From the NCBI GenBank assembly GCA_017398545.1, contig JAFQFT010000013.1, positions 5,572-69,571 on the forward strand: a stretch of 64,000 nt of DNA, written 5' to 3'. The translations under genes and the position numbers were made by a program. The notes beneath the pieces are model-generated. The model saw only the letters and a list, made by a program, of their open reading frames with translations. It did no database searches and was not told where the DNA came from. Shown piece after piece: positions 46,478 through 55,219 of the stretch. This DNA comes from Bacilli bacterium. Lineage in GTDB: Bacteria > Bacillota_I > Bacilli_A > ML615J-28 > CAG-313. Position 1 is the first letter of the stretch. Each line of letters starts with the position of its first letter.

Positions 46478-46945
46478 TTATAGATAAATCTTATTTCCAG
46501 TTTTAAGCCATGAACTTGCGTTAGCACGAAGTAATTCTATTGCACTTTTATTAGTAGCTGCAAGTACACTATCAACAGTATCATCGCTTCTTACTGTATA
46601 AACATTACTTTTAGGGATTGTCATTTCTTGTCCAGGAACTAGTTTTAATTTACCAAAATCATTATATAAACCTAATAAAACAGGATCTACATTTTCTTTA
46701 TCAGAAATTCTTTCAATTGTATCACCATCTACAGTTGTATAAGTATAATAGTCAAATCCTGATTCTGTTGCATTCTTTTTTGGGACTAATAGGACTTGTC
46801 CAGGAAATAATGTATTAGATGTTAACATATTGATATCTATTAACTCTGATACTGTTGTATTAAACATTTTAGCGATTGCATATAGCGAATCACCTTTTTT
46901 AACTGAATACTCAACATATTCAACTCTTAAACCATAATTATTCAT
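46478..46945 (-). CDS. LysM-repeat peptidoglycan-binding protein (three LysM-like modules, no signal peptide seen)
   Basis: YSVKKGDSLYAIAKMFNTTVSELIDINML...PGQVLLVP, YTTVDGDTIERISDK...LVPGQEMTIP and YTVRSDDTVDSVLAA...LKTGNKIYL. Confidence 0.8.
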   Translation of the reverse strand: MNNYGLRVEYVEYSVKKGDSLYAIAKMFNTTVSELIDINMLTSNTLFPGQVLLVPKKNATESGFDYYTYTTVDGDTIERISDKENVDPVLLGLYNDFGKLKLVPGQEMTIPKSNVYTVRSDDTVDSVLAATNKSAIELLRANASSWLKTGNKIYL

Positions 46946-46994
46946 AATAAAAGCCTCCTCACATTTATTATATGAGAAGGCTTATTTTTTGTGA

Positions 46995-47861
46995 TTAATT
47001 TCGATAATTTGAATCGTTTAATTCAACAAATTCCATCAATACTCTAATTCTTTCTTCAATACGTGAAGCACGTAGTTCATCAATATCTTTAGCAGTTTCT
47101 GCAAGATGATTATGAAGAGATACGGGATCTAAGTTAGATGTCATAAATGTAAGTTTATAGTTTTCCATTCTTTCTTGTAACACTGCACCAAGCACTTCAT
47201 CCCTAATAAACGAAGTAGTTGTTTCTCCACCAAAATCATCAAGGAATAACACATCTGCATCTTTTAAAATTTCTACTGCATCTTCTAAACCACCTGTAGA
47301 TATTGACGACTTAATTTGTCTAATTAAATCAGGATAATACGCAAAAACTACTTTTTTACCATTTTCCGCAAACTTATTCGCAAAACATGCCATAATATAT
47401 GATTTACCACAACCATATGGCCCATGTAAATAAATACCTTTAACTTTCTCGCCATTTATTTCTTTATTAAAGATATTCATCATTTTAGAATAAATTAGTT
47501 TACGAGCAGGTTTATCACTAAATAAACTACTAGCATCAACATTATCTAAATTACACGCAAGAACAGTTAGGTTTGCAATTTTATCATTCTTATCCATTTG
47601 TTTTTGTAAGTATGGACAAGGAACATATTCAGTATAAAAATTACCATTAAACAAAAGTTTTGGCATCGAACCAATTAAATCTTGATTACAACCGTTTATT
47701 GAAGTACATCCAGCACATTTCTTTTTATTAATCATAAATGAATAAATATTTAAGATTTCTTTTTCTAGAACATCTATATTTATTTGATGATGTTCTACAA
47801 GTGTTTTAACATCTTTGTCTTCTAAAGCCGCTTTTAATATTTGTTCTCTACTAAAATTCAT
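46995..47861 (-). CDS. dnaI: Primosomal helicase loader DnaI
   Basis: N-terminal Cys cluster (CAGCTSINGC), Walker A GPYGCGKSY and Walker B LFLDDFGGE. Start moved to the ATG at 47861 with SD AAGGAGG. It follows dnaB, as in Bacillus. Confidence 0.85.
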   Translation of the reverse strand: MNFSREQILKAALEDKDVKTLVEHHQINIDVLEKEILNIYSFMINKKKCAGCTSINGCNQDLIGSMPKLLFNGNFYTEYVPCPYLQKQMDKNDKIANLTVLACNLDNVDASSLFSDKPARKLIYSKMMNIFNKEINGEKVKGIYLHGPYGCGKSYIMACFANKFAENGKKVVFAYYPDLIRQIKSSISTGGLEDAVEILKDADVLFLDDFGGETTTSFIRDEVLGAVLQERMENYKLTFMTSNLDPVSLHNHLAETAKDIDELRASRIEERIRVLMEFVELNDSNYRN

Positions 47862-47871
47862 ATGTGCCTCC

Positions 47872-49131
47872 TTACTCATTAGGTTTAAAGAAATTAGTAA
47901 TATCACTATCTAATTCTTCTTCATTATTATCGTTATTTTCATTTGATTCTTGTTTACCATACCAATTTGGTACTTGTTTAACAGTTTTAGTTTTAGTACT
48001 TTTACCTTTTTTAGGTTCTGTTTTATTATTAATATGATTTAACGCATCCATAGTATTTACAATACCAGCTCTAATCCAAGTATTAAGTACTTTTAAGAAA
48101 TAATTATATGATGGTATTTCCCCATTTTTTTCTGATAATACATATAAAATACATACATTTAAAACTCCAATTGAAACATTAGTTTCTTTTAACAACTTAT
48201 CAAACATACTAATTTCAGAACTTGTAAGTTCAGTTTGATATTTATGTTTAACAAGTTCATTAGGAGAAAGTGTATTTAACGCATTAACTAATTTATCAGA
48301 ACTTTTTACAACATCACGTTTTTTAACAAATACAACCTTTTGATTACGATTATCATATAATCTTTTTACTTGATTTTCTAATTCTTCATAATTAATTGTT
48401 TTATCAATATTTACAGATAATAAAACTGCATCTTTTAACATTTCAACACTTAATCCATATAAATATGCATAACGTTTAATTAAATTTAAAAAGTCATCAT
48501 CTTGTAGAATAGCCTTATCAAGTATATCCATTGCATCTACTAAAATAATAAAGTGATCTAAATTAAATTTATCATTATTTATAACAATACCATTATTTAT
48601 TGTATCTACACCAACACCAAGATATGTTGCGTCTGTTTCAAAAATAGAATCAAAAACATCATCAAAACTAACAGTAATATTTTCAAACTTATTTGGATCA
48701 AGTCTTCTTAGTAAAAAGTTGTATGCTAGAGTATTTAAATCATCTAATCCAATAATTGAACTTAGGACTCTCACAAAATCATGATTATTAAAAAACTCAT
48801 AAGGTGATAATACTTTTTTTAGTACATATATAAAATGTCCATCTTTATAATACGTACTAAGAAGTCCAACAGCTTCAAGTTTTCTTCTTTCTAAAACAAG
48901 TTTAGTTTTAGGAATCCCTGTCAACTTAACAAGTTGGGAGTGATTTAAAACGCTACTTTCTTGTGAACCTGGATCTAACATTGTAAATAATGTTAGATAT
49001 ATACTCATCGCCTTATCACCAATAATAGGTAAATAACAATGTGTTAATACTTTTCTGTCAAGATCTGTTAACGTATTATCAACATAGATTGTAAATGCAG
49101 TATTTTCAATTGAATAATTCTTAATACTCAA
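47872..49131 (-). CDS. dnaB: Replication initiation/membrane attachment protein DnaB (Bacillus type, DnaD-like domains; not the helicase)
   Basis: 419 aa, with an N-terminal DnaB_2-like segment (LDRKVLTHCYLPIIGDKAMSIYLTLF) and a position upstream of dnaI. It starts with TTG overlapping the upstream TGA (TTGA). Confidence 0.65.
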   Translation of the reverse strand: MSIKNYSIENTAFTIYVDNTLTDLDRKVLTHCYLPIIGDKAMSIYLTLFTMLDPGSQESSVLNHSQLVKLTGIPKTKLVLERRKLEAVGLLSTYYKDGHFIYVLKKVLSPYEFFNNHDFVRVLSSIIGLDDLNTLAYNFLLRRLDPNKFENITVSFDDVFDSIFETDATYLGVGVDTINNGIVINNDKFNLDHFIILVDAMDILDKAILQDDDFLNLIKRYAYLYGLSVEMLKDAVLLSVNIDKTINYEELENQVKRLYDNRNQKVVFVKKRDVVKSSDKLVNALNTLSPNELVKHKYQTELTSSEISMFDKLLKETNVSIGVLNVCILYVLSEKNGEIPSYNYFLKVLNTWIRAGIVNTMDALNHINNKTEPKKGKSTKTKTVKQVPNWYGKQESNENNDNNEEELDSDITNFFKPNE

Positions 49132-49496
49132 CTTACACCACCACCAATTTTCTTAAGAGGTAATTGTTTATTTAAACTATCATAATAACTTCCAATAACT
49201 TTAGCCCCACGATTAAGCGGTAATATATACATTGTTGAAATCTTAAAATCAACGCTTGTTACACTTGGAGTTTGATTAAATAAAGTTACAATTAATTCTC
49301 CCCTTGGCATAAGAATAAGCATTTCTTGAAAATCATCATTAATATTACTTACTTTAAAACGCATTGCTTTAGAAATATCTATTATAGTATTCTTAACCTT
49401 TTCATAATCAGCTTGATAATAATGTGTTAAAAGATTATTATTATCCCCAAATTCTACAGTTTCAAAACTATTAGAAAAAATCGCTTTTAATCCCAT
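49128..49496 (-). CDS. Hypothetical protein (122 aa)
   Basis: Compact ORF packed between coaE and dnaB, with a 2-nt gap upstream and a 4-nt overlap downstream. I recognised no motif. Confidence 0.5.
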   Translation of the reverse strand: MGLKAIFSNSFETVEFGDNNNLLTHYYQADYEKVKNTIIDISKAMRFKVSNINDDFQEMLILMPRGELIVTLFNQTPSVTSVDFKISTMYILPLNRGAKVIGSYYDSLNKQLPLKKIGGGVS

Positions 49497-49498
49497 CT

Positions 49499-50923
49499 TT
49501 ATTTCCTCATTTCTAGTAATTTATTTATTACTTTATCTACTTGATTATAAGTATAACATAAATCAAGCGAATTATCAATTATAAAGTGTGCTTTTTGTTT
49601 TTTAATTTCTATATCCATTTGTGAATTAATTCTTACCATTGCTTCATCTAACGTTAAATTATCACGATTCATTAGTCTATCAATATTTATATCTATATTA
49701 GCATAAACACAAATGACTTTATGACATAAATCATCAAAACCAGATTCATATAAAAGTGGTACATCTACAAAGACTATTTTTTGATTGCAATTATTTATTT
49801 CTTCAATAACTTTCTTTTTAATAATAGGATGAATTAAAGAATTAAGTTTTTTATTAGCATCTTTATCATTAAAAATAAGCTCGCCCATTTTCTTACGGTT
49901 TAGTGTTCCATTTTCAATAAATTCATCACCAAAAACTATTTTTATTGATTCAATAAAACCACTAGTACTTGCAACCTCTTTAGAAATAACATCTGTATCA
50001 ATAACAGTATATCCTAAACTAATTAAATATTTAGATACACTAGATTTTCCACACCCAATACCACCAGTAATTCCAACAACAAGAGGTTTATTCATCTTTT
50101 GACAATTATCACATAGATATGTGCCACGTCCACCAACCACAATTTTTTTAATTGGTGAAGAACATTTCTCACAAGGACATCCTACTTTTGTATGAACATG
50201 AAGTTTTAACTGAAAACGTCCTGTTACACCAAGACTTGATGTATAACTCCTAATCGTAGTACCACCAGCTTTAATAGCACCTTCAAGCACATATTTTGCG
50301 TTATCTAATATAGTTTTAGAGTCATGTAAAGTTAAATAATTACAAGGGTACTCTGGATGAAGATTAGATAAATAACAAACTTCATCAACATAAATATTAC
50401 CAAGTCCCGCAATTAAAGTTTGATCAAGTAATGCGGTTTTTAACTTAATTCGCATTTTAGATATTTTACTATGAAAATCATTTATATCTATTAGTGGAGA
50501 ATTTGCTTCAGGACCTAATTTTTTTAGTTCTGGTTCAGACATAATTTCAAATAGATCAGTAGTTTTAACAAGTTTCATTGTGCCAAACTTTCTCGTATCA
50601 TGATACCTTAAAGTCTTTCCACTTTCAAATGTAAAAACTATATGTTCATGAATATTTCTTGGTTCAAATATATCTTTTATAAAATATTTACCTTCCATTC
50701 GAAGATGTGAAATAATAGATACATTATTAAATATAAAGAATAAATATTTACCATATCTTAAAATATCTGTTACACTTTCACCAATTAATAATTCTTTAAA
50801 ATAATTTCTTGATTCTTCATCAATCATTGATTCATAAAATACATCAACTGCTACTATTTTTTCACCTATTATTTTAGTTTTAAGTGTTTCTTTTACTGTT
50901 TCAACTTCTGGTAATTCTGGCAC
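49499..50923 (-). CDS. mutM-coaE: Fusion of formamidopyrimidine-DNA glycosylase (Fpg/MutM) and dephospho-CoA kinase (CoaE)
   Basis: The Fpg part has PELPEVETV, the H2TH region and the zinc finger CPCEKCSSP...GRGTYLCDNCQ. After a 6-aa linker the CoaE P-loop follows (VVGITGGIGCGKSS). I moved the start to the GTG at 50923, so that the product begins M-PELPEV (catalytic Pro2). SD AAGGTAGGTG lies 6 nt upstream. Confidence 0.85.
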   Translation of the reverse strand: MPELPEVETVKETLKTKIIGEKIVAVDVFYESMIDEESRNYFKELLIGESVTDILRYGKYLFFIFNNVSIISHLRMEGKYFIKDIFEPRNIHEHIVFTFESGKTLRYHDTRKFGTMKLVKTTDLFEIMSEPELKKLGPEANSPLIDINDFHSKISKMRIKLKTALLDQTLIAGLGNIYVDEVCYLSNLHPEYPCNYLTLHDSKTILDNAKYVLEGAIKAGGTTIRSYTSSLGVTGRFQLKLHVHTKVGCPCEKCSSPIKKIVVGGRGTYLCDNCQKMNKPLVVGITGGIGCGKSSVSKYLISLGYTVIDTDVISKEVASTSGFIESIKIVFGDEFIENGTLNRKKMGELIFNDKDANKKLNSLIHPIIKKKVIEEINNCNQKIVFVDVPLLYESGFDDLCHKVICVYANIDINIDRLMNRDNLTLDEAMVRINSQMDIEIKKQKAHFIIDNSLDLCYTYNQVDKVINKLLEMRK

Positions 50924-50937
50924 AAACTTCACCTACC

Positions 50938-53571
50938 TTATTTCATGTCCCAATTTTCTCCCCATGAAAGTGATGCTTCTAAAACTACATCAAGACTTAC
51001 AACACCTTCCATAACTTCTTTTAATATCTTTTTAACAATTTCAACTTCAGAAATTTTTGTATCAACAACAAGTTCATCGTGAACTTGTGCTATTAATTTA
51101 CTCTCTAAATTTAATTCTTTAAACTTCTTATCAACTGCTATCATTGCTATTTTAATAACATCTGCAGCAGCACCTTGAATAGGAGCATTCTTAGCAGTAC
51201 GTTCTGCAAATTGACGAAGAGCACCATTTGATGAATTAATCTCAGGCATATATCTTCTTCTACCGAAAATAGTTTCAGTATAACCTGTAGTTTTAGTATT
51301 ACTTACAGTTTTATCTAAATAATCTTTAACTTCAGGATAAATGCTAAAATAACGATTTATAAAATCATTAGCTTCAAATGTTGAAATTTTCAACTCTTCC
51401 GCAAGTCCCCAAGGACTCATACCATATACAATACCAAAGTTAACTGCCTTAGCCATTCTTCTTTGATCTTTAGTTACATTAGAAATATCTACATTATATA
51501 TTTTAGCAGCAGTAGATGAATGTAAATCTTCTCCACTGTTAAATGCATCAATCATATTTTTACATTTAGAAACATGTGCTAAAATACGAAGTTCAATTTG
51601 TGAATAGTCAGCACTAATAAGAAGTGAATCATCACTTGGAATAAACGCCGAACGTATAAGTCTACCATCTTCAGTTCTAATTGGAATATTTTGAATATTA
51701 GGTTCAACTGAAGACAAACGACCTGTAAGTGTAAGTGATTGTTTAAATATTGTATGAACTTTACCATCATCAAACATCATATCAAGCAAACCTACTACAT
51801 ATGTAGAATATAGTTTACTATATTTACGGTACTCTAATACCTTCATAGGAACTGGATGAATTTCAGCTAGTTTTTCTAATGTTTCCGCATTAGTTACATA
51901 TCCAGTTTTATTCTTCTTACCTTTTGCTATAGCAAGTTTTTCAAATAAAACTTCACCAAGTTGTTTAGGGGATGCAATATTAAATTCAAACCCACAAAGT
52001 TCATATATTTCTTTTTCTAAACGATTAATCTCATTTAATACAAATTCACCAATTTCATTTAATCTTTCTTTACTAATTCTAAAACCATTTAATTCCATAT
52101 CTCCAAGCACAACTGCAAGAGGTATTTCTACTTCATATAATAATTTCTTTTGTTCACTAGTTAATATAGCATCAATCTCTGATTTTACAGTTTCTAAATA
52201 ACTTACCTTATCAATACTATATTTACCATATACATCAACACTAGGTACTTCATGTTTAGCATTCTTACCATAAACTTCTTCTAAATATGGAATATTAGTT
52301 TCAATAAACTTTTCATACATACTTTTAGCATCAACTGATGAATAACTTGGATTAACAATATATGCAGCAAGTCCTAAATCAAAACTAAATTTATTTAGTG
52401 TAATACCAAGTTTTTTCAAAGAAACATAAACTTTTTTAGCATCAATTGTATATAGTTCTTTATTACTTAACTCACTAATTAATTCATTATTATTTAAAAG
52501 ATTTTTTTCAATAAAATAACCCTTATTATTTATAACTACACTAATACCAAGTATTTCTTCTTTATGATAATTTTCTTTAGATATTTCTACATCAAATAAA
52601 CATTTAACACTCTTTTTTAACTCACTTATTAAACTATCTACTTCATTATAATAATATTCTAATTCTAGTTTTTCAGATTTAACAATAGTTTTTTCTTCTG
52701 TAATATCACCTAGTTTTTTTATAAAAGATTTAAATTCAACTTTTTCATAGAACTCTCTTAAAACTTCCTTTTTAGGTTCAACATATAAAGTATCATTTAT
52801 ATTATATGGTAATTCTACATCCAAATAAAGTGTTGCAAGTTTCTTACATCTTAAGGCTTGTTCTTGATCGTTTATAAGAGATACTTGAGTTTTGCCCTTT
52901 AATGAAGGAATATTTTCAATTATCTTTTCAAGCGTACCATATTCTTCTAATAACTTTGCAGCAGTCTTAGGACCTATTCCACTAACCCCTGGTAAATTAT
53001 CGCTAGAATCCCCAATTAACCCTTTATAATCAGTCATTTGATATGATTCTATCCCCATTAAACTTTTAAAGTTTTCTTCAGTATAACACTCTAAATCAGT
53101 AAGCCCTTTTTTTGTTAAATAAACATGAACATTACCTTTAGCAAGTTGAAGTAAGTCCTTATCACCTGATATAACCATTACTTCATCAAATTCATTTCTA
53201 GCCAGCATTGCCATACTACCAACAATATCATCAGCTTCATAATCATCAAGTTCTAAATGCTTAATACCAAGAACATCTAAATACTCTTTAATATAAGGAA
53301 TTTGCATCAAAAATTCCTCAGGTGTTGGTTTTCTACCACCTTTATAATCAGAATATGTTTGATGACGAAGTGTCTTTTTACCCTTGTCAAACGCAACAAA
53401 AATATTTGTCATACCTGGAGTTTGAAGGATATGTTGAATCATATTAACAAATCCATATATTGCATTAGTATATAAACCACTTCTAGCTTGCATTAAATTA
53501 CCAGTATATGCAGTTGCATAATATGCTCTAAACATAATACTATTTCCATCTAAAACAATCATTTTTTTCAT
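50938..53571 (-). CDS. polA: DNA polymerase I
   Basis: 877 aa. 5'-nuclease N-terminus (LDGNSIMFRAYYA, GDKDLLQL) and polymerase motifs DYSQIELRILAH, RRMAKAVNFGIVYG and QVHDELV. Confidence 0.95.
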   Translation of the reverse strand: MKKMIVLDGNSIMFRAYYATAYTGNLMQARSGLYTNAIYGFVNMIQHILQTPGMTNIFVAFDKGKKTLRHQTYSDYKGGRKPTPEEFLMQIPYIKEYLDVLGIKHLELDDYEADDIVGSMAMLARNEFDEVMVISGDKDLLQLAKGNVHVYLTKKGLTDLECYTEENFKSLMGIESYQMTDYKGLIGDSSDNLPGVSGIGPKTAAKLLEEYGTLEKIIENIPSLKGKTQVSLINDQEQALRCKKLATLYLDVELPYNINDTLYVEPKKEVLREFYEKVEFKSFIKKLGDITEEKTIVKSEKLELEYYYNEVDSLISELKKSVKCLFDVEISKENYHKEEILGISVVINNKGYFIEKNLLNNNELISELSNKELYTIDAKKVYVSLKKLGITLNKFSFDLGLAAYIVNPSYSSVDAKSMYEKFIETNIPYLEEVYGKNAKHEVPSVDVYGKYSIDKVSYLETVKSEIDAILTSEQKKLLYEVEIPLAVVLGDMELNGFRISKERLNEIGEFVLNEINRLEKEIYELCGFEFNIASPKQLGEVLFEKLAIAKGKKNKTGYVTNAETLEKLAEIHPVPMKVLEYRKYSKLYSTYVVGLLDMMFDDGKVHTIFKQSLTLTGRLSSVEPNIQNIPIRTEDGRLIRSAFIPSDDSLLISADYSQIELRILAHVSKCKNMIDAFNSGEDLHSSTAAKIYNVDISNVTKDQRRMAKAVNFGIVYGMSPWGLAEELKISTFEANDFINRYFSIYPEVKDYLDKTVSNTKTTGYTETIFGRRRYMPEINSSNGALRQFAERTAKNAPIQGAAADVIKIAMIAVDKKFKELNLESKLIAQVHDELVVDTKISEVEIVKKILKEVMEGVVSLDVVLEASLSWGENWDMK

Positions 53572-53675
53572 ACAAGTCCTCCAAATATTTACTTATATAT
53601 ATTTTACCACAAAATTCAAGAAAAATCACATTATTAAACAATAAAAAATGACAATAATAACAGTGGAGGAAATTT

Positions 53676-54446
53676 ATGAAAAAATTAATTTATATTTTAT
53701 TATTCCTATTAATACTAACAAGTTGTAAACAACTATCAACAAATCCATTTTATGATATCATTAAAGAATATCCTCATAATAGTAGTTTATTAAATGAATA
53801 TGAAAAAATATACAATGAAACTAATAATATTGTATATGCTATAAATAAGGTTAACTATCCAAATTTCTTAACACCTAATTCTTCAAATTATTTATCTTTC
53901 AAAATAAATAACATTCAACTAGTTAATACAAACTATAAACTATCAAAAAATTATATCCCTAAAACACTTGTAGAAATTACTAATGTTGATTATATTAAAA
54001 GAACAAACGTGATAATGATGATTGATCAAAATACACTAAATGCATACACTCTTCTTTTTAACGAATCACTTCTAAATAATTTAAACCTAATAGTATTTTC
54101 AAGTTATCGAAGTTATGAATATCAAGAATCTATATATAATAAGGAAGAAAATAACTTTATTGCAGCACCAGGTGCATCAGAACATCAAACAGGACTAGCA
54201 ATTGATATATCAACAAAAGATACTGGTTTAACTGAGTACTTTGATAATACTCCTGAATGTATATGGTTAACAAATAATGCTCATAAATATGGTTTTATCA
54301 AAAGATATCCTAAAGATAAAGAACATATAACAGGATATCCTCATGAATCATGGCATTATAGATATGTAGGGGTAGAAGTTGCAGAAATTATTTATAACAA
54401 CAACTTAACACTAGAAGAATATTTTTATCAATATATTATTTTATAA
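53676..54446 (+). CDS. Lipoprotein D-alanyl-D-alanine carboxypeptidase (M15B/VanY-like)
   Basis: Lipobox LILTSC|K. Motifs SYRSYEYQ, SEHQTGLAIDI and ESWHYRYVG form the VanY-type H-x6-D...H zinc site. Confidence 0.8.
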   Translation: MKKLIYILLFLLILTSCKQLSTNPFYDIIKEYPHNSSLLNEYEKIYNETNNIVYAINKVNYPNFLTPNSSNYLSFKINNIQLVNTNYKLSKNYIPKTLVEITNVDYIKRTNVIMMIDQNTLNAYTLLFNESLLNNLNLIVFSSYRSYEYQESIYNKEENNFIAAPGASEHQTGLAIDISTKDTGLTEYFDNTPECIWLTNNAHKYGFIKRYPKDKEHITGYPHESWHYRYVGVEVAEIIYNNNLTLEEYFYQYIIL

Positions 54447-54491
54447 TCACAAATTAAAATTGTCTTCATATTTTATAATAGAGGTGATTTA

Positions 54492-54743
54492 ATGCAATAC
54501 CAACAAGTTATTAATGAAAAAGGTGAAAGATTATGGATACCACTACTTGCAGGAGCTGCAATCTTATCTGCTCCATTTTGGTTAAATAATAATAATAAAT
54601 GTTGTAATAATTCATATTACCCTGCACCATATCCATATCCAGTTTACCCGGTAAACTATAATCCATACCCTTATCCGTATCAATATCAATATCCTTACTC
54701 AGGAGTTCCTATTGTTCAAAACTTTACAAGAAAGATAAAATAA
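54492..54743 (+). CDS. Small single-TM protein with a Pro/Tyr-rich tail
   Basis: 83 aa with SD AGAGGTGA. The TM segment is LWIPLLAGAAILSAPFWL, followed by NNNNKCCNNSYYPAPYPYPVYPVNYNPYPYPYQYQYPY. Confidence 0.55.
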   Translation: MQYQQVINEKGERLWIPLLAGAAILSAPFWLNNNNKCCNNSYYPAPYPYPVYPVNYNPYPYPYQYQYPYSGVPIVQNFTRKIK

Positions 54744-54770
54744 CGATGTCTTTTGACACCGTTATTTTTA
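54742..54770 (+). terminator. Rho-independent terminator after the PY-rich gene
   Basis: Stem aacgatgtc / gacaccgtt (one mismatch) with loop tttt, followed by ATTTTTA. Confidence 0.65.
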
Positions 54771-55206
54771 TGGTTCAATAAAATCTTTTGAGATTTTGAG
54801 ATTTTAAGATTTTGAGATAATTAATAAATTATTTTGAGATTATTTGTAAAATCTTTTGAGATGAAAAAGAGATTTGTATTTATAATACAAACCTCTTTTA
54901 TTTTTGTTCTTTATTTTCTATAATGTATTTGTCGCACCAGTATTATAAAAAATTAAATATGAACAAATATAATTATAAACTAAAATAGAGCAATTTTCAA
55001 GATTAAAAATAAAATATCAGATTTTACATAAAATAATTATAATTAAGGTAATGAATTAAAATAATACAATTAAAAATAGGGAACGGATCATAAATCCATT
55101 CCCTTTAATTTTGAGATAGATAATAAAATCATTTGAGATATTTTTCAGAATCTTTTAAGATAGGTTCTTATTTTATCTCAAAATCTCAAAAGATTTTACA
55201 GAACCA
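54771..55206. mobile_element. 436-bp non-coding MITE-like element with 32-bp terminal inverted repeats and subterminal TTTGAGAT repeats
   Basis: The left end tggttcaataaaatcttttgagattttgagat (54771-54802) matches the reverse complement of 55175-55206 at 30 of 32 positions. TTTTTA flanks both ends. At least 9 TTT(G/A)AGAT copies are present. No ORF. Confidence 0.4.
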
Positions 55207-55219
55207 TTTTTATTTTTAT

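Noticed and set aside
28623-47906. N-terminally extended ORF-track starts for dxr (29828), cdsA (30736), rpsB (41028), dnaI (47906), paralog A (37776), paralog B (37328) and mutM (50932).
   Set aside because: The extensions add non-conserved residues ahead of canonical N-termini and overlap upstream genes. Internal starts with good SD spacing reproduce the family-typical N-termini, so I adjusted the coordinates.
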